From: Stegostoma tigrinum
Taxonomy: Eukaryota
DNA: 64,000 nucleotides
Direction of reading: 5' to 3'
NCBI RefSeq assembly: GCF_030684315.1
Contig: NC_081356.1
Coordinates: 101,227,242 to 101,291,241, forward strand
In this document: positions 39,575-50,524 of the stretch, one piece after another
Position numbering within the stretch: the stretch's first letter is position 1
Layout of the letters: each line of letters starts with the position of its first letter
Notes under the pieces: generated by a model
Seen by the model: only the letters and a program-made list of their open reading frames with translations
What the model was told of the DNA's origin: nothing
Database searches by the model: none
Program-made: the position numbers and the translations under genes

Positions 39575-40220
39575 ATTTGGTTTTTATTGTCACATACCAA
39601 AATACAGTGAAAAGCTTGCTTACGAGCAGTTCAAGTAGATCACAGCAAGCAAAGGATGTACAGATCAAGAAGACTTAGAGGCATACAGATGAAATTGCAG
39701 CTTACATTATTTGATGCTAGAATCCCTTCAACAGTCTGATAATAGCCAGGAAGGAGGTGTTCCTGAACCTGCCTGTGCCTGTGTTCAGGCTTCTGTATCC
39801 TCTGCCTGACAGAAGAGATTGTAGGAGGTCATCACAAGAGTGCAATGGGTCTTTGATATTGGCCATCCTTCCGCAGCAGCGAGACATATAAATAGAGAGT
39901 CCACAGATGCAAGGTTGGCTTCCATGATGGTCTGGGCTTTGCACACAACCTTCTGTAGTTTCTTATTGACCTGGGCAGAGCAGTTGCTATGCCACGCTGT
40001 TATGTACCTGCACAGGATGCTTTCAATTGTGCGTCTGTAGAAGTTGGTGAAGATCCTTATGGGCATGCCAAAGTTCCTGAGCCGCTGGAGGAGGAGAAGT
40101 GTTGCTTTGCCTTCTTGACTGTCGCAACTGGAGTTGTCGTCACTCTGAGGAACTTGATGCTTTTCACTCTCTTAACTTCAGTTCTGTTGTTGTACACGGG
40201 GGCATGTTCTCCTCCTCTAT
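39575..40220 (-). mobile_element. Rex1/Babar-type LINE 3' remnant
   Basis: TNFYRRTIESILCRYITAWHSNCSAQVNKKLQKVV and EVKRVKSIKFL. Confidence 0.8.
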
Positions 40221-41064
40221 GAATGACATACATTGATACTTTCATATTCAAAATGACAGGCAGGAAAAGATTTCTTGGACCATTCTAGCCTGTTCCATAC
40301 AGTTATGGTCGCTTCCCACCCAGTCATAAACTATGCATGTAATCTCTTCTGATCAAGTTAAAAATGATATTTCTGAGAGATTCCAGTGCCTGAGTTGCTC
40401 CTAATGGCATTGTTTATGAATACATGATTCATCTCTATGATGTCTAAATCTCATTCTTTCACTGATTCAGTTGGGTTCTTTTCCCAGAAGTGTCTAACAT
40501 AATATGCATTTTTCCAGGTTGTATGAGAACACCATCACCTGCAAGATCCCCTCCAAATTGCACATCATCGTGATTTGCAACTGTTTTGCCTTTTCACTGT
40601 TGCTGTACCATAATCGTGGACCTTCCTTTCTAATAGCACTATGTGATATCTACACCCTGAAGGACTGCAGTCATTCAAGAAGACCAGTCATCACCATCTC
40701 AAGTGCAATAAATGCTGGCCCACGTGTCATATAGTTATAATTTAGAAAAAGATGTCACCCAGTATCTGGTCCAGTTTACCCCGACTGCATCAAATCTGCT
40801 TGTGATTGTTAAGCATTGTCTGGAATCCTGATTTCTCCCACGTTAGTTGGTACTATTACCTATGGTCCTCAGCTGTACCTAGTCTGCCTCAAGTTATGCT
40901 GGAAGAGGAAGGTGTCTCAAAAACATCAACAGTGAGTGAAACTGGCAGTCACATATTCCTGCAATGCAGTGAATCCATTTAGTGATTTATTTCACTAACA
41001 GGATGCTACCATTTACCTGTGAGGAATGTAATATGAATTTTTAAAGTTTAAGAGAAATTTTGTA

Positions 41065-41268
41065 GCTTGAGTTGTGGATGTTATGGTTGGTTGACTCGCC
41101 GAGCTGGTTCATTGTTCCACAGATGTTTCATTACCCTGTTGGCTAACATCATCAGTGCAGCATCTGATGAAGCGCTTCATTGAACGCTGCACTGATGATA
41201 TTATCCAGCAGGGTAATGAAACGTCTGCAGAACAAAGAACCAGCTTGACCAGCCAACCAACCACAATA
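41065..41268. mobile_element. Poseidon-type fold-back pLTR pair with hammerhead motifs
   Basis: Inverted arms; + strand CTGCA-CTGATGA-T-ATTATCC-AGCA-GGGTAAT-GAAAC-GTC-TGCAG (41187-41230). Confidence 0.8.
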
Positions 41269-41599
41269 TAAATTTTAATGCCCGATACATAGGCCAAACA
41301 TCCAACAACTGGCTGATTGTATCAAACTTGTCCCAGTGACCTTTCATGGCAAGCAACATGCTGATACTGCACAACCAGTCTGTGCTTGGAAAAGTATATC
41401 CACCATTTTGATGTGATTCTGCTATTGAATATCATTTATTATTAAATAAGCCCAACTGTACTACGATTAACAATCTGGTTTACAGTGTGAATATCCTAGA
41501 AGGGTGAGACAAGTAGAATGCAATGGATTCTGCACGTTCTGCATTTGGTCTCCATGTGCTCCACTCAATGATGCTGGGTATGGCTAGCACCTTCACTGA

Positions 41600-41990
41600 T
41601 GCTGCGTCTCTATTTTGTACATTCTAGATCAAGCAATTTCCACATGTCAGTGGGGATGTTGCATTTGTTTCGGGAGGCTTTTGGGGTGTCCTTGTACCAT
41701 TTCCTCTGCCCTACTAGGGATTGTGTACCATTGCAGAAGTCAGAGTAGACCATTTGTTTAGGAAATCATGTGACTGGCATGTGGACAATGTGGCTTGCCC
41801 ATTACAGCTGGTCATGTCTGACCTGAACCTTGTTATTAAGGATATTAAGCTGTGCATAGAACACTCACGTCGGGATGCTTATGCTGTCAGTGGATTTGCA
41901 GTACTTAGCGAATGTCGGAGGGATTTGAGATGTCGGCTGTGTATGGTCCATGTTTCTATAAATGCAAGTCAGGAACAGCAAAACTGAACT
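41600..41990 (-). mobile_element. RTE-clade LINE 3' remnant
   Basis: Reverse translation QL*WASHIVHMP..PKQMVYS..GQRKWYKDT resembles RTE QLRWAGHVVRM..PKQLLYSEL..GQRKRFKDT. Confidence 0.65.
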
Positions 41991-42808
41991 CTTCCCACTA
42001 GAAGGCAAGATAGTTCTTTTCCTGATTTAGTTAATCTCAGACAGAACTTTGTTAGAAGCACTGCGGTTTATTTTGGTGGCCACAGGCTATAAAGCCAGAA
42101 CGCAGTGTTGCTCAATACTATTTAGTCATCCCTGTTGACAAACTCGTGAGCAGATTTAAAAATTGAATTAGTTTCAGCTGTGACTCAACTCTTACCCTAT
42201 TATCTACTATAATTTACAATTTTTGCTGCTGGATGAGGACTGCCAGCATGTAGTAATAGGCCAGTATTAGTCACTACTCTCAGACAAAATATAAGCCATG
42301 ATTGCATAATGTGGGGTTGAGAATACGAGTACTCAAGTTTGCATCTTGTTAGCTCTTTCAATAGATGTGCATATTTGACAAATCTTTAGCCATTTTTTGT
42401 TCAGACACAGTAAAAATAAGATGCTAATGTTGTGTTCTATGAGCAGTGTTACAAACATTCTTTCCCCACCTCACCCCCACCCCCACTTCCAAACTGTCAT
42501 GGAAAAGCGACCTGAAATGTTGCTCTACCCCTTTTCCTGAAAGAAACATCAGCTTACATGATTTAGAACTAGTCAAAAACTGTCATGATACACAAAAGAC
42601 AGATTTAGTTTTTAAGTTTGAGGCACTGGGATTATTACAGCAAACGTGTTTTATTGAAATAATCAGGAACAGGAAATCTGTAAATATGAAATGTTGAAAA
42701 AAATCATACACTCAAAATTCTGATGTTTAAAATAATTACACTCACTCTGTTTCAGTGATCTGAATGGAGAGCAATAACATTTTGGTAATTAAAGCAGTGC
42801 CTGATTTG

Positions 42809-43039
42809 GAGATAGTAGGAACTGCAGATGCTGGAGAATCTGAGATAACAAGGTGTAGGGCTGGATGAACACAGCAGGCTAAGCAACATCAGAGGAGCAA
42901 GAAGGCTGACGTTTCGGGCCTAGACCCTTTTTCAGAAATTGATTTTCTGAAGAAGGGTCTAGGCCCGAAATGTCAGCCTCCCTGATCCTCTGAAGCTGCT
43001 TTGCCTACTGTGTTCATCCAGCTCTACACTTTTTATTAT
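42809..43039. mobile_element. Neptune fold-back pLTR pair with back-to-back hammerheads
   Basis: Inverted arms centred near 42940; TSD CAGT(G/C)CCTGATTTG at 42795-42808 and 43040-43053. Confidence 0.85.
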
Positions 43040-43431
43040 CAGTCCCTGATTTGACCTGCATCCTCATGCAAAATTAAAACCTGAATTACAAAATAATATT
43101 TTTCTTGTTGAGAATGTTCATTCTTAAATTCTATTTGAATTTGAAGAAGACACATTTCCAAATTGAGCTATCTAGAAATCTTGTGCCTAGTAGAGACATC
43201 TAGCAACTTTTTGAGAGTAGTGTTGATTGTGTGTCTCTGGTAGACTACCCCCATGTGAAAATGAGCAGCTGGATTCAATTTTTGGACTGATGCCAAGAAT
43301 TTATTTGTAATATTGGTAATGTAGACTAATATGAATGGAATTAATAAATTGGGGAAATTGTGAGAATTTAAGTATTTGTTTATATGTTGCAGCGTCAATA
43401 TGAAAACAACCAGTCTAAAGATTTTTTTAGT

Positions 43432-43599
43432 GATAATGGGAACTGCAGATGCTGGAGAATCCAAGATAATAAAATGTGAGGCTGGATGAACACAGCAGGC
43501 CCAGCATCTCTGATGAAGGGTCTAGGCCCGAAACGTCAGCTTTTGTGCTCCTGAGATGCTGCTGGGCCTGCTGTGTTCATCCAGCGTCACATTTTATTA
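43432..43599. mobile_element. Neptune fold-back mini-insertion with an intact + strand hammerhead (43510-43537)
   Basis: Hammerhead identical to 16002-16029; TSD CTAAAGAT(6-7)AGT at 43415-43431 and 43600-43615. Confidence 0.85.
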
Positions 43600-44654
43600 C
43601 TAAAGATTTTTTAGTTTTTTTTAAATTAGAGCCATTGACTCTTTGGCTGAGGAGATGAAAATAGGAACAGAAGTGGGTGATTTGATCTTTTTTCAGCTTG
43701 TTTCACCTTTCATTGAATTCTGGTCTATGATCAGCATTAATCTTCCTACATTATTCCTATATTCTCTGATTCCTTTAGTATCGTTTAAAATAAAAACTAA
43801 GAGAACTGCAGATGCTGGAAATCAAAAACAAAATCAAGTTTGGGAATGTTTCTTTCATGTAGCAAAAGCTATAATAGATATTTCAATCTTTATTCCATTT
43901 TAGCAGAGTTCTCTGGTCTGACTGTTTAATTCGAGGTAGGTCTGCCTGGAGAATGTAAGGGCAAAGGTTGGTGGATGGGGTTGGCATGAAGTTGAAATGG
44001 GCGCTATCAGGATCATTGGGAATAGTTTGCTGGTATGTATAGGCCATAGGAATAGTGGGAGTGGTGGAGTTAGGGCCAAAGGTTATAATCTTTAAAACAA
44101 CTTGGAATAAGTCTCAAGGAAGGTTACATTTGAAAATTCAAGTTCATTAGTTGAGATTACTATCTAGAACATTGCAGATGCCTTCTGGTGCCCTGGTTGT
44201 AGGGAGTTACCATTTTGTTCTGGGTTAATCTGAGTGATTTTGTTTTTTCACAGAGAATGTGCAGTTTGTGTCTGGAACTGAAACAACTTGGAAATGAGGG
44301 GGGAGAGAGAGAGAGCTGCATGAGGCACAGACCAATGAGTAAATATAATAAAGCCCACGCTTGAGCTGGGAAATCCAGTTGAGACACTTCAAAAGAACTT
44401 CAGGGTCACCTGGCTAAACACCAGTGAAAGGAGCCAAAGAATACCTATACCATGGAGAACTGTTGAACATGAGGGAGAATCAAAATTTATAAGAGCTGTG
44501 GAACATCCTCATTTTGTTCCAGGAGGAGAAAGGAAACACCCAAGATGCTGGAAAATATAGGAAACGAGTGAAAATATAAATAGAACAGTGAGTGACTGGG
44601 ATTTCTTGGTCTTAAATATCTTCATAAAAGTGTTAAATGAGTATAGTTAAGTGG

Positions 44655-44910
44655 GACTGGCACAGTGGCTCAGCAGTAAGCACTGCTGTCTCTCAGCACC
44701 AGCAACCCAGGTTCAATTCCAGTCTTGGGCGACTGTGTGTGTTGAGTTTGTACATTCTCCCCTTATCTTAGTGAGTTTCCTTCAGTTTGCTCCCACAATT
44801 CAAGGATGTGTCAATTAGGTGGATTGGCCATCTTAAATTGTTCATAGTGTCCAGGGATATACAGACTTGGTAGGTTAACCATGGTAAATGTTAGGTTATA
44901 GGGTAGGGAA
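44655..44910 (+). mobile_element. HE1-type SINE
   Basis: GGCACAGTGGCTCAG A box, GGTTCAATTCC B box, and a body homologous to the 5.2/6.0 kb copy. Confidence 0.8.
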
Positions 44911-45104
44911 TTAATGTTGGAAGTTAAAATTGATATATGCTCATTTGAGAAAGAAATCTATTTAATGATATCCTCCTTGCGGTGAACAGATATTTTCACA
45001 CTCATCTGTCAGGGAATTTGGATTAGGTACCAGAAGTAACTTCAGTGAATCATTCTCGGGCAAAGCATTAATGTCTGTGAAGAGTCAGTCAGCAAACTGA
45101 TACA

Positions 45105-45780
45105 TACATGAGGATCAATGGTCGGCACAACATTGTGGGCTGAAGGGCCTGTTCTGTGCTGTACTGTTCTATGTTCTATGTTCTATGTTCTATAACTTTT
45201 ATCTCCTAATTTTGAAATCAATTTCTTTTTAATGTCCTAGATTTTCACATTTACTTAATTAGCCTGAAGCTTATCTACAGTAACTGAATATCAAATACTG
45301 TGATTTGCTAAAAGAAAATATCAAACTACTAATCCTGTTCACCTGATTATTTGACAATCTAAGTTATACTGTCCTACAGTAGAGGCCCTTTGGCCCATCA
45401 AGTCTGCACCAATTAAATAAAACCCATCACCTTTCTACACAAATCCCACGTCCAGCACTTGGCCCACAGCCATCAATGTATGACAAAGTACTGATCCATG
45501 TATATTTTAAAGGCTGAGAGGTTTCCCATCTCTACTGCCCTCCCGGATTTCCACCAACATCAGGGTGAATAGAAATTTTCTCAAATCCTCTCTCAATCTC
45601 CTGCCTTTCACCTTAAAATCATGCCCCTCATTACTGACCCTTCAACTAAGGAGAATAGCTGCTTCCTGTCCACTTTTTCCATGACCTTCACAATCTTAAT
45701 ACACCTCAAACAGGTCCCCCTTCTCCCTCCTCTGCTCTAAAGAAAACAACCCGAGTCTATCCAGCCTCTCTTCAATAGCG
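45105..45780. mobile_element. CR1 3'-end remnants: + strand tail with (GTTCTAT)n at 45105-45192 and a minus-strand fragment at about 45370-45780
   Basis: GGGCTGAAGGGCCTG stem-loop plus tandem tail; degenerate ORF2 end on the minus strand. Confidence 0.7.
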
Positions 45781-46609
45781 ACAAAAACAAAGTTTCTGGA
45801 AAAGCTGAGCAGGTCCAGCAGCATCTGTGATGAAAAAGAACCAGAGTTTTTCTGGTCCGGTGACCCTTCAATTGCTTCAACCTAGGCAACAAACTAGAGG
45901 AGCTCCTCTGCATACACGTCAATGCAATCAATTGATCCATTCCTGGAGTCTGGTATCTAAATGGTAAGCTGGGTTTCTGGGGGCAGTCTTATGATGGGTA
46001 ATCTGGACATTCAAGTGTGAGGATAGGAGGCAGCATGCCAGGGTGCAAGGGAACAATCACACTGAAGTGGGTGCAACTCTACAAGGGGTGGAAGACAACG
46101 TAGCATGGGAATACAGTGGGTACTTTGGGAGGGGGCTAGTCGTTGACAGTCATTACCACCTTGGCTTTAAGGGGAAGCAATGCCTTATAATGCATTTGTT
46201 GAAAAAATAGGCTTTGGTGAAAACATGGGAGGCTCAAACCAGATGGAGTTGACATGGACTTCAATGCAGAAAAAAGCATGAACTTTGAGAAAGTACCATC
46301 CAGCATAATGGATGCAGCCTGCAATTCTATCTGGAATGTGATCTGTAAAGCTTTCCATCTCCATCTGATTCTCAGTTGTGCAATGAAAATGAAAAATAAT
46401 TACCACACTGGATAGGTAAGTTTGTTTTGTCTACAGGAGTGGAATATACTTGTTGGTCACCTGAAGCGTCTCAAGAGGCAATTGCATGAATCAGACACTT
46501 ATATTAAAGACCAAAAAATCATCAAAATTCTGCATGTACATCTCATGCATTGGTAAACTCTGTACAAATACAAAACCTGGCCACAAGCAATCTTTGCCAT
46601 GTCATTGAT

Positions 46610-46954
46610 GTGGATGTGAGTTTGCTCGCTGAGCTGGAAGGTTAGTTTTCAGACGTTTCGTCACCATTCTAGGTAACATCATCAGTGAGCCTCCGACGAA
46701 GCGCTGGTGTTATGTCCTGCTTTCTATTTATCTGGTTAGGTTTCCTTGATGGAGTTCCAGTTGGAATGCCATGCTTCACCAACCCAAGGAAACCTAACCA
46801 GATAAATAGAAAGCAGGACATAACACCAGCGCTTCGTCGGAGGCTCACTGATGATGTTACCTAGAATGGTGACGAAACGTCTGAAAACTAACCTTCCAGC
46901 TCAGCGAGCAAACTCACATACAGAACCTCAACCTGAGCTGCAAATCTTCTCAAA
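46610..46954. mobile_element. Young Poseidon fold-back: 135 bp inverted arms, each with an intact hammerhead
   Basis: Arms 46614-46748 and 46785-46919; TSD ATGTCATTGAT at 46599-46609 and 46955-46965. Confidence 0.9.
46848..46881 (+). ncRNA. Minimal type I hammerhead motif (mirror copy at 46652-46685 on the minus strand)
   Basis: TCA-CTGATGA-T-GTTACC-TAGAAT-GGTGAC-GAAAC-GTC-TGA; stems I and II pair. Confidence 0.78.
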
Positions 46955-47639
46955 ATGTCATTGATCATTACAAATTAACCTCTGTGAAGCATAAGTGATC
47001 ATAGGCAACCATTAAAGTGTCACCCACAGTCAACAATACCCAAACACATTCCAAGGTCTCACTGCTTGTACAATGGTGTTCTCTTGTTTCCTCTCACATT
47101 GAATTGTATGTCATAACTTACAAGAAATGCCACAGTTCTTGGATGATATGATTGTTGGGGGTTGATGACAAAGTTTCAGTAAGTTTATTGGACATACAAT
47201 CTCCTACTGCTTTTACACAACGTGGCTTGTGCTGCATGTATCTGAATAAGGTCTACACTATCACCAGTCCATGTACAGACATCCCATGGTTCTCCCTGTT
47301 GGTCCATATTGACCTCTATCAATGACAATGGTAACTTCTCATTTGTGCATACTGCAACTGCTGACTGGTGATATTACAAAGGAGCTGTTTTGTTTCTTAT
47401 TTTCTCTCTGTAAAGGAACTGTCCTCAATGGATCCAGCCACAACAGGTGTTATCGTCTTAACAGCCTCCGCAGGAAGAGGACACAGCAGAAGATCCCTCA
47501 TGATACGGAGCAAGGACAGGAGGCCCAGGGTCTATTGTCTCTGATGTCATTTTCTCAAGACGAGTGAAGTGCAGTACTACCACCCCTGCAGTCCGAGGCC
47601 ACCACCATGGAACAGCCTCATCAACTCGAGCAGGACTTG

Positions 47640-47790
47640 TGATTTAAAGGGTTGAGTGGCCATTCGATCCCAGTGACCATCACAGTGACTGCAGTGTCTA
47701 ATTTTAATGCATCTGGCTGCTTCCAAGGATCTAATGTGAGATTCTCCACCTACAAACGCATCATGGCTGTTCATGATATAATTTGCACAA
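47640..47790 (+). pseudogene. PIF/Harbinger transposase N-terminal remnant
   Basis: GHSIPVTITVTAVSNFNASGCFQGS resembles the HARBI1-like segment (P)VxxKVxxALNF(Y)ASGSFQ. Confidence 0.6.
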
Positions 47791-49893
47791 AATCACACAG
47801 CTACAGTTTGTTTCCCCATGACAAGGTCAGTGCCAAAGTGTGGCAAGCAGGCTTACTCCAGGTGTAGGGTGCAGTAGCTTCTACGTAAGCCCAGAAACTA
47901 ATGTTGCCTTTTTGTTTGTCCTTTCTTTGCTTTTCCTGTTCTTTAATAAAAGTTAATCTTATCAACTGTTTGAGAGCTTTTCGCCCTGTGATGTTTCCAT
48001 ATTTAATGTTGACAAGATGCTGTACTACAATGAGCACTAGAAAAAAAGAAGCACTCCTTCAGAACATTGAATGGTGTTAAAGAAGGGTAGTTTCTCAAGC
48101 TTCATTTTTGTAGCTACAGCTGAAATGACGGATAATGATTTAAAATGCCACATTATTAACATACCTTATTTTCTATCTACAGTGATATGTCACCTGTGTC
48201 AACTTGAGCCCTCAGTTTTCTTTCTTGCCCTTCTTCTACGTCTGTTTGCAGTTCAGGAGTCTGCAGCTGGAGTGGAGTCTATTAGTCTTGTAGGTTGGAC
48301 AGACAAGGTTATTTGTGTCGAGAGAATCCAGATATGCTGGGAGTGCCATTCCTGAATGCAGGCTCACTCTCCTCAGCTTCACAGGGTTAAGGGTGAACCA
48401 GCCTCACCCTTTGTGTCCTAAAAGGGAAATGCTGAAGGACCTACTTATGGTTTCTGGGTTCCTCCGGGCACCACTGCCTCTTTGAGAGAAATGAGCACTG
48501 TGGTCATTGGGGTCGAGGTCCCTTGTTCCCATACTACCCTGCTGTTGATACTGACCACTAGTGGCTAGATCAAGGCATTTCTGGCAGCCACTGAGCACTC
48601 TGCCAGACCTGGCTCTCCATTTCAGCCATTAACTTGTCCAAGGAGGCAGCTAGGCTTGTGCCCGTCAAACCTAGCACAATACTGCTAACATTGGACTCCT
48701 CCACCCTTTGATCCAGCTTACTGAATAACTCTGACAAACCTTTCTGTTGCTACTGTGTCTGTTTGTGCATTTTCACAATATTATTAATACTGCATATGTG
48801 ACTAGCACCTGGTGTGGATCTGAGAGTGACATAGGTATGTGGCATTCAGCAAAATATCCAACCATTTGACTGATGATTACTGACAATGAAGATAAGTTGC
48901 CTTGCTTGAAGTTTCTACTAAACTTCAAGGCAAAGAAGATGTATTGTGAGCAGCTGAAGGAGCAAAGGATAAAACTGTAAGGAAAGGCAAGGCAATGAAG
49001 AAATGCTATGAGCATCCAGGCAGGTGTGTAATGAATGAGTGCTAAGAGGGCAAGTAAGCAGCCCTGAGATGCAGCCTGTGAGCTGGGTGCCTGTCCCTGA
49101 GTGCAAAGTGTTTTTGCAGGAGCCGTCCAATGAGAAGTCTGGTGCACTGCAAAGTACATCATTAAAATGCAGAAATGTCCTGAAAAAGGATCACAGATGT
49201 GTCATGATGAAGCAGAAAGGCTGGTACATGTCAGATGTTACTGCCGATAAACATGGGTCCAATGTGGTCACTACCCGCAGACCATGTCCTGAGATATTGG
49301 TGCCAGGTGTCCAAGGTGGAGATGTAGACGAGCAAGCAGCAAACGAGAATAAACAGGTACCCACTCTGACATTCATGTTGGGAATTCTCAGTGCATAGTG
49401 TCTATTTAATGATTGAGAGAATTAGGGAGGGTGTATTCGTGAGATGAGATTAGGTACTGATGACAGTGGTAATGAGTGATAATCCTCATTAATAGGCCTC
49501 TTGCTGATCACAAGTGAGAACCTTGTCTTGACTCACTCAATATAAGTATTCTTGGTCATTTCTGTGATTGGTATCATTGTGATGTCATGAATGCTCACAA
49601 TATTGAGGTCCTCGCATGCTTCTAATCCTCTATTAATGGTCCACTCATGTCCGCCAGGTAGAATACTTGCCATTAGCTGTACTTGTTTCAAGGAATGGTG
49701 TTCTATTGTATGCCCTTAATTCTTCTGTATCGTAGACTTGTAATGTATACCTTCCAAGGTACATACCTTTCAAGATTGTGATTGCTAGGATGTTTACAGT
49801 GGCTCTGGTGTCAATTCTTACCTTGGGTGTGTGCTTGCATTATTTTCTTCAGGCACATGACGCTAATCGTGGTAAATGCTTCCAACTATTTAA

Positions 49894-50045
49894 GAACCAA
49901 AACAACTGCGGATGAATAAATCAGGAACAAAAACAAAGTTGCTGGAAAAGCTCAGCAGGTCTGGCAGCACCTGTGGAGGAGAAAAATGTTAACTGTTTTC
50001 TCCTCCACAGATGCTGCCAGACCAGCTAAGCTTTTCCAGTAACAT
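49894..50045. mobile_element. Fold-back Penelope pLTR remnant with the hammerhead deleted
   Basis: Inverted arms of the 24.6 kb family; TSD TGCTTCCAACT(A/G)TTTAA at 49877-49893 and 50046-50062. Confidence 0.82.
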
Positions 50046-50412
50046 TGCTTCCAACTGTTTAACTTCTCCTTACAATGTGTCATATTCACAATGTTAAAAG
50101 CCTGTTTGCCTTCTAGTTTGATTACTGATCTACTCTGAAATTTTACGCTGGTTAGTATTGCTGCTAATCACATGTGTGTGCTTGTGCTTATGCAGGTCTC
50201 TAGCATACTCTCTTGTTGCCAGCACACTGCTTATGTTCCGGTGCATCCTGTTGTAGACTCGTTATATCTTTAGAACCAGATTTCTTCCATAGGTAAGTCT
50301 AATGTCCTTTTGCATTAAATTATTTGCTAACATTTTGGAACATACAACAGCTTTGTGGTGGATACAACAGACCTCACTTCTCACACAGCTTACTCTATTT
50401 GTGTGTTTGTCT

Positions 50413-50524
50413 AGAACACAGAACACAGAACACAGAACACAGAACACAGAACACAGAACACAGAACACAGAACACAGAACACAGAACACAGAACACAGAA
50501 CACAGAACACAGAACACAGAACAC
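50413..50524 (-). repeat. (GTTCTGT)16 tandem tail of a CR1
   Basis: 16 perfect AGAACAC units on the + strand abutting the CR1 3' UTR. Confidence 0.95.

Noticed and set aside
39785-40066. ORF resembling the ALKBH8-N/DUF1891 annotation
   Set aside because: This is the Rex1-type LINE RT C-terminus, not a host gene.
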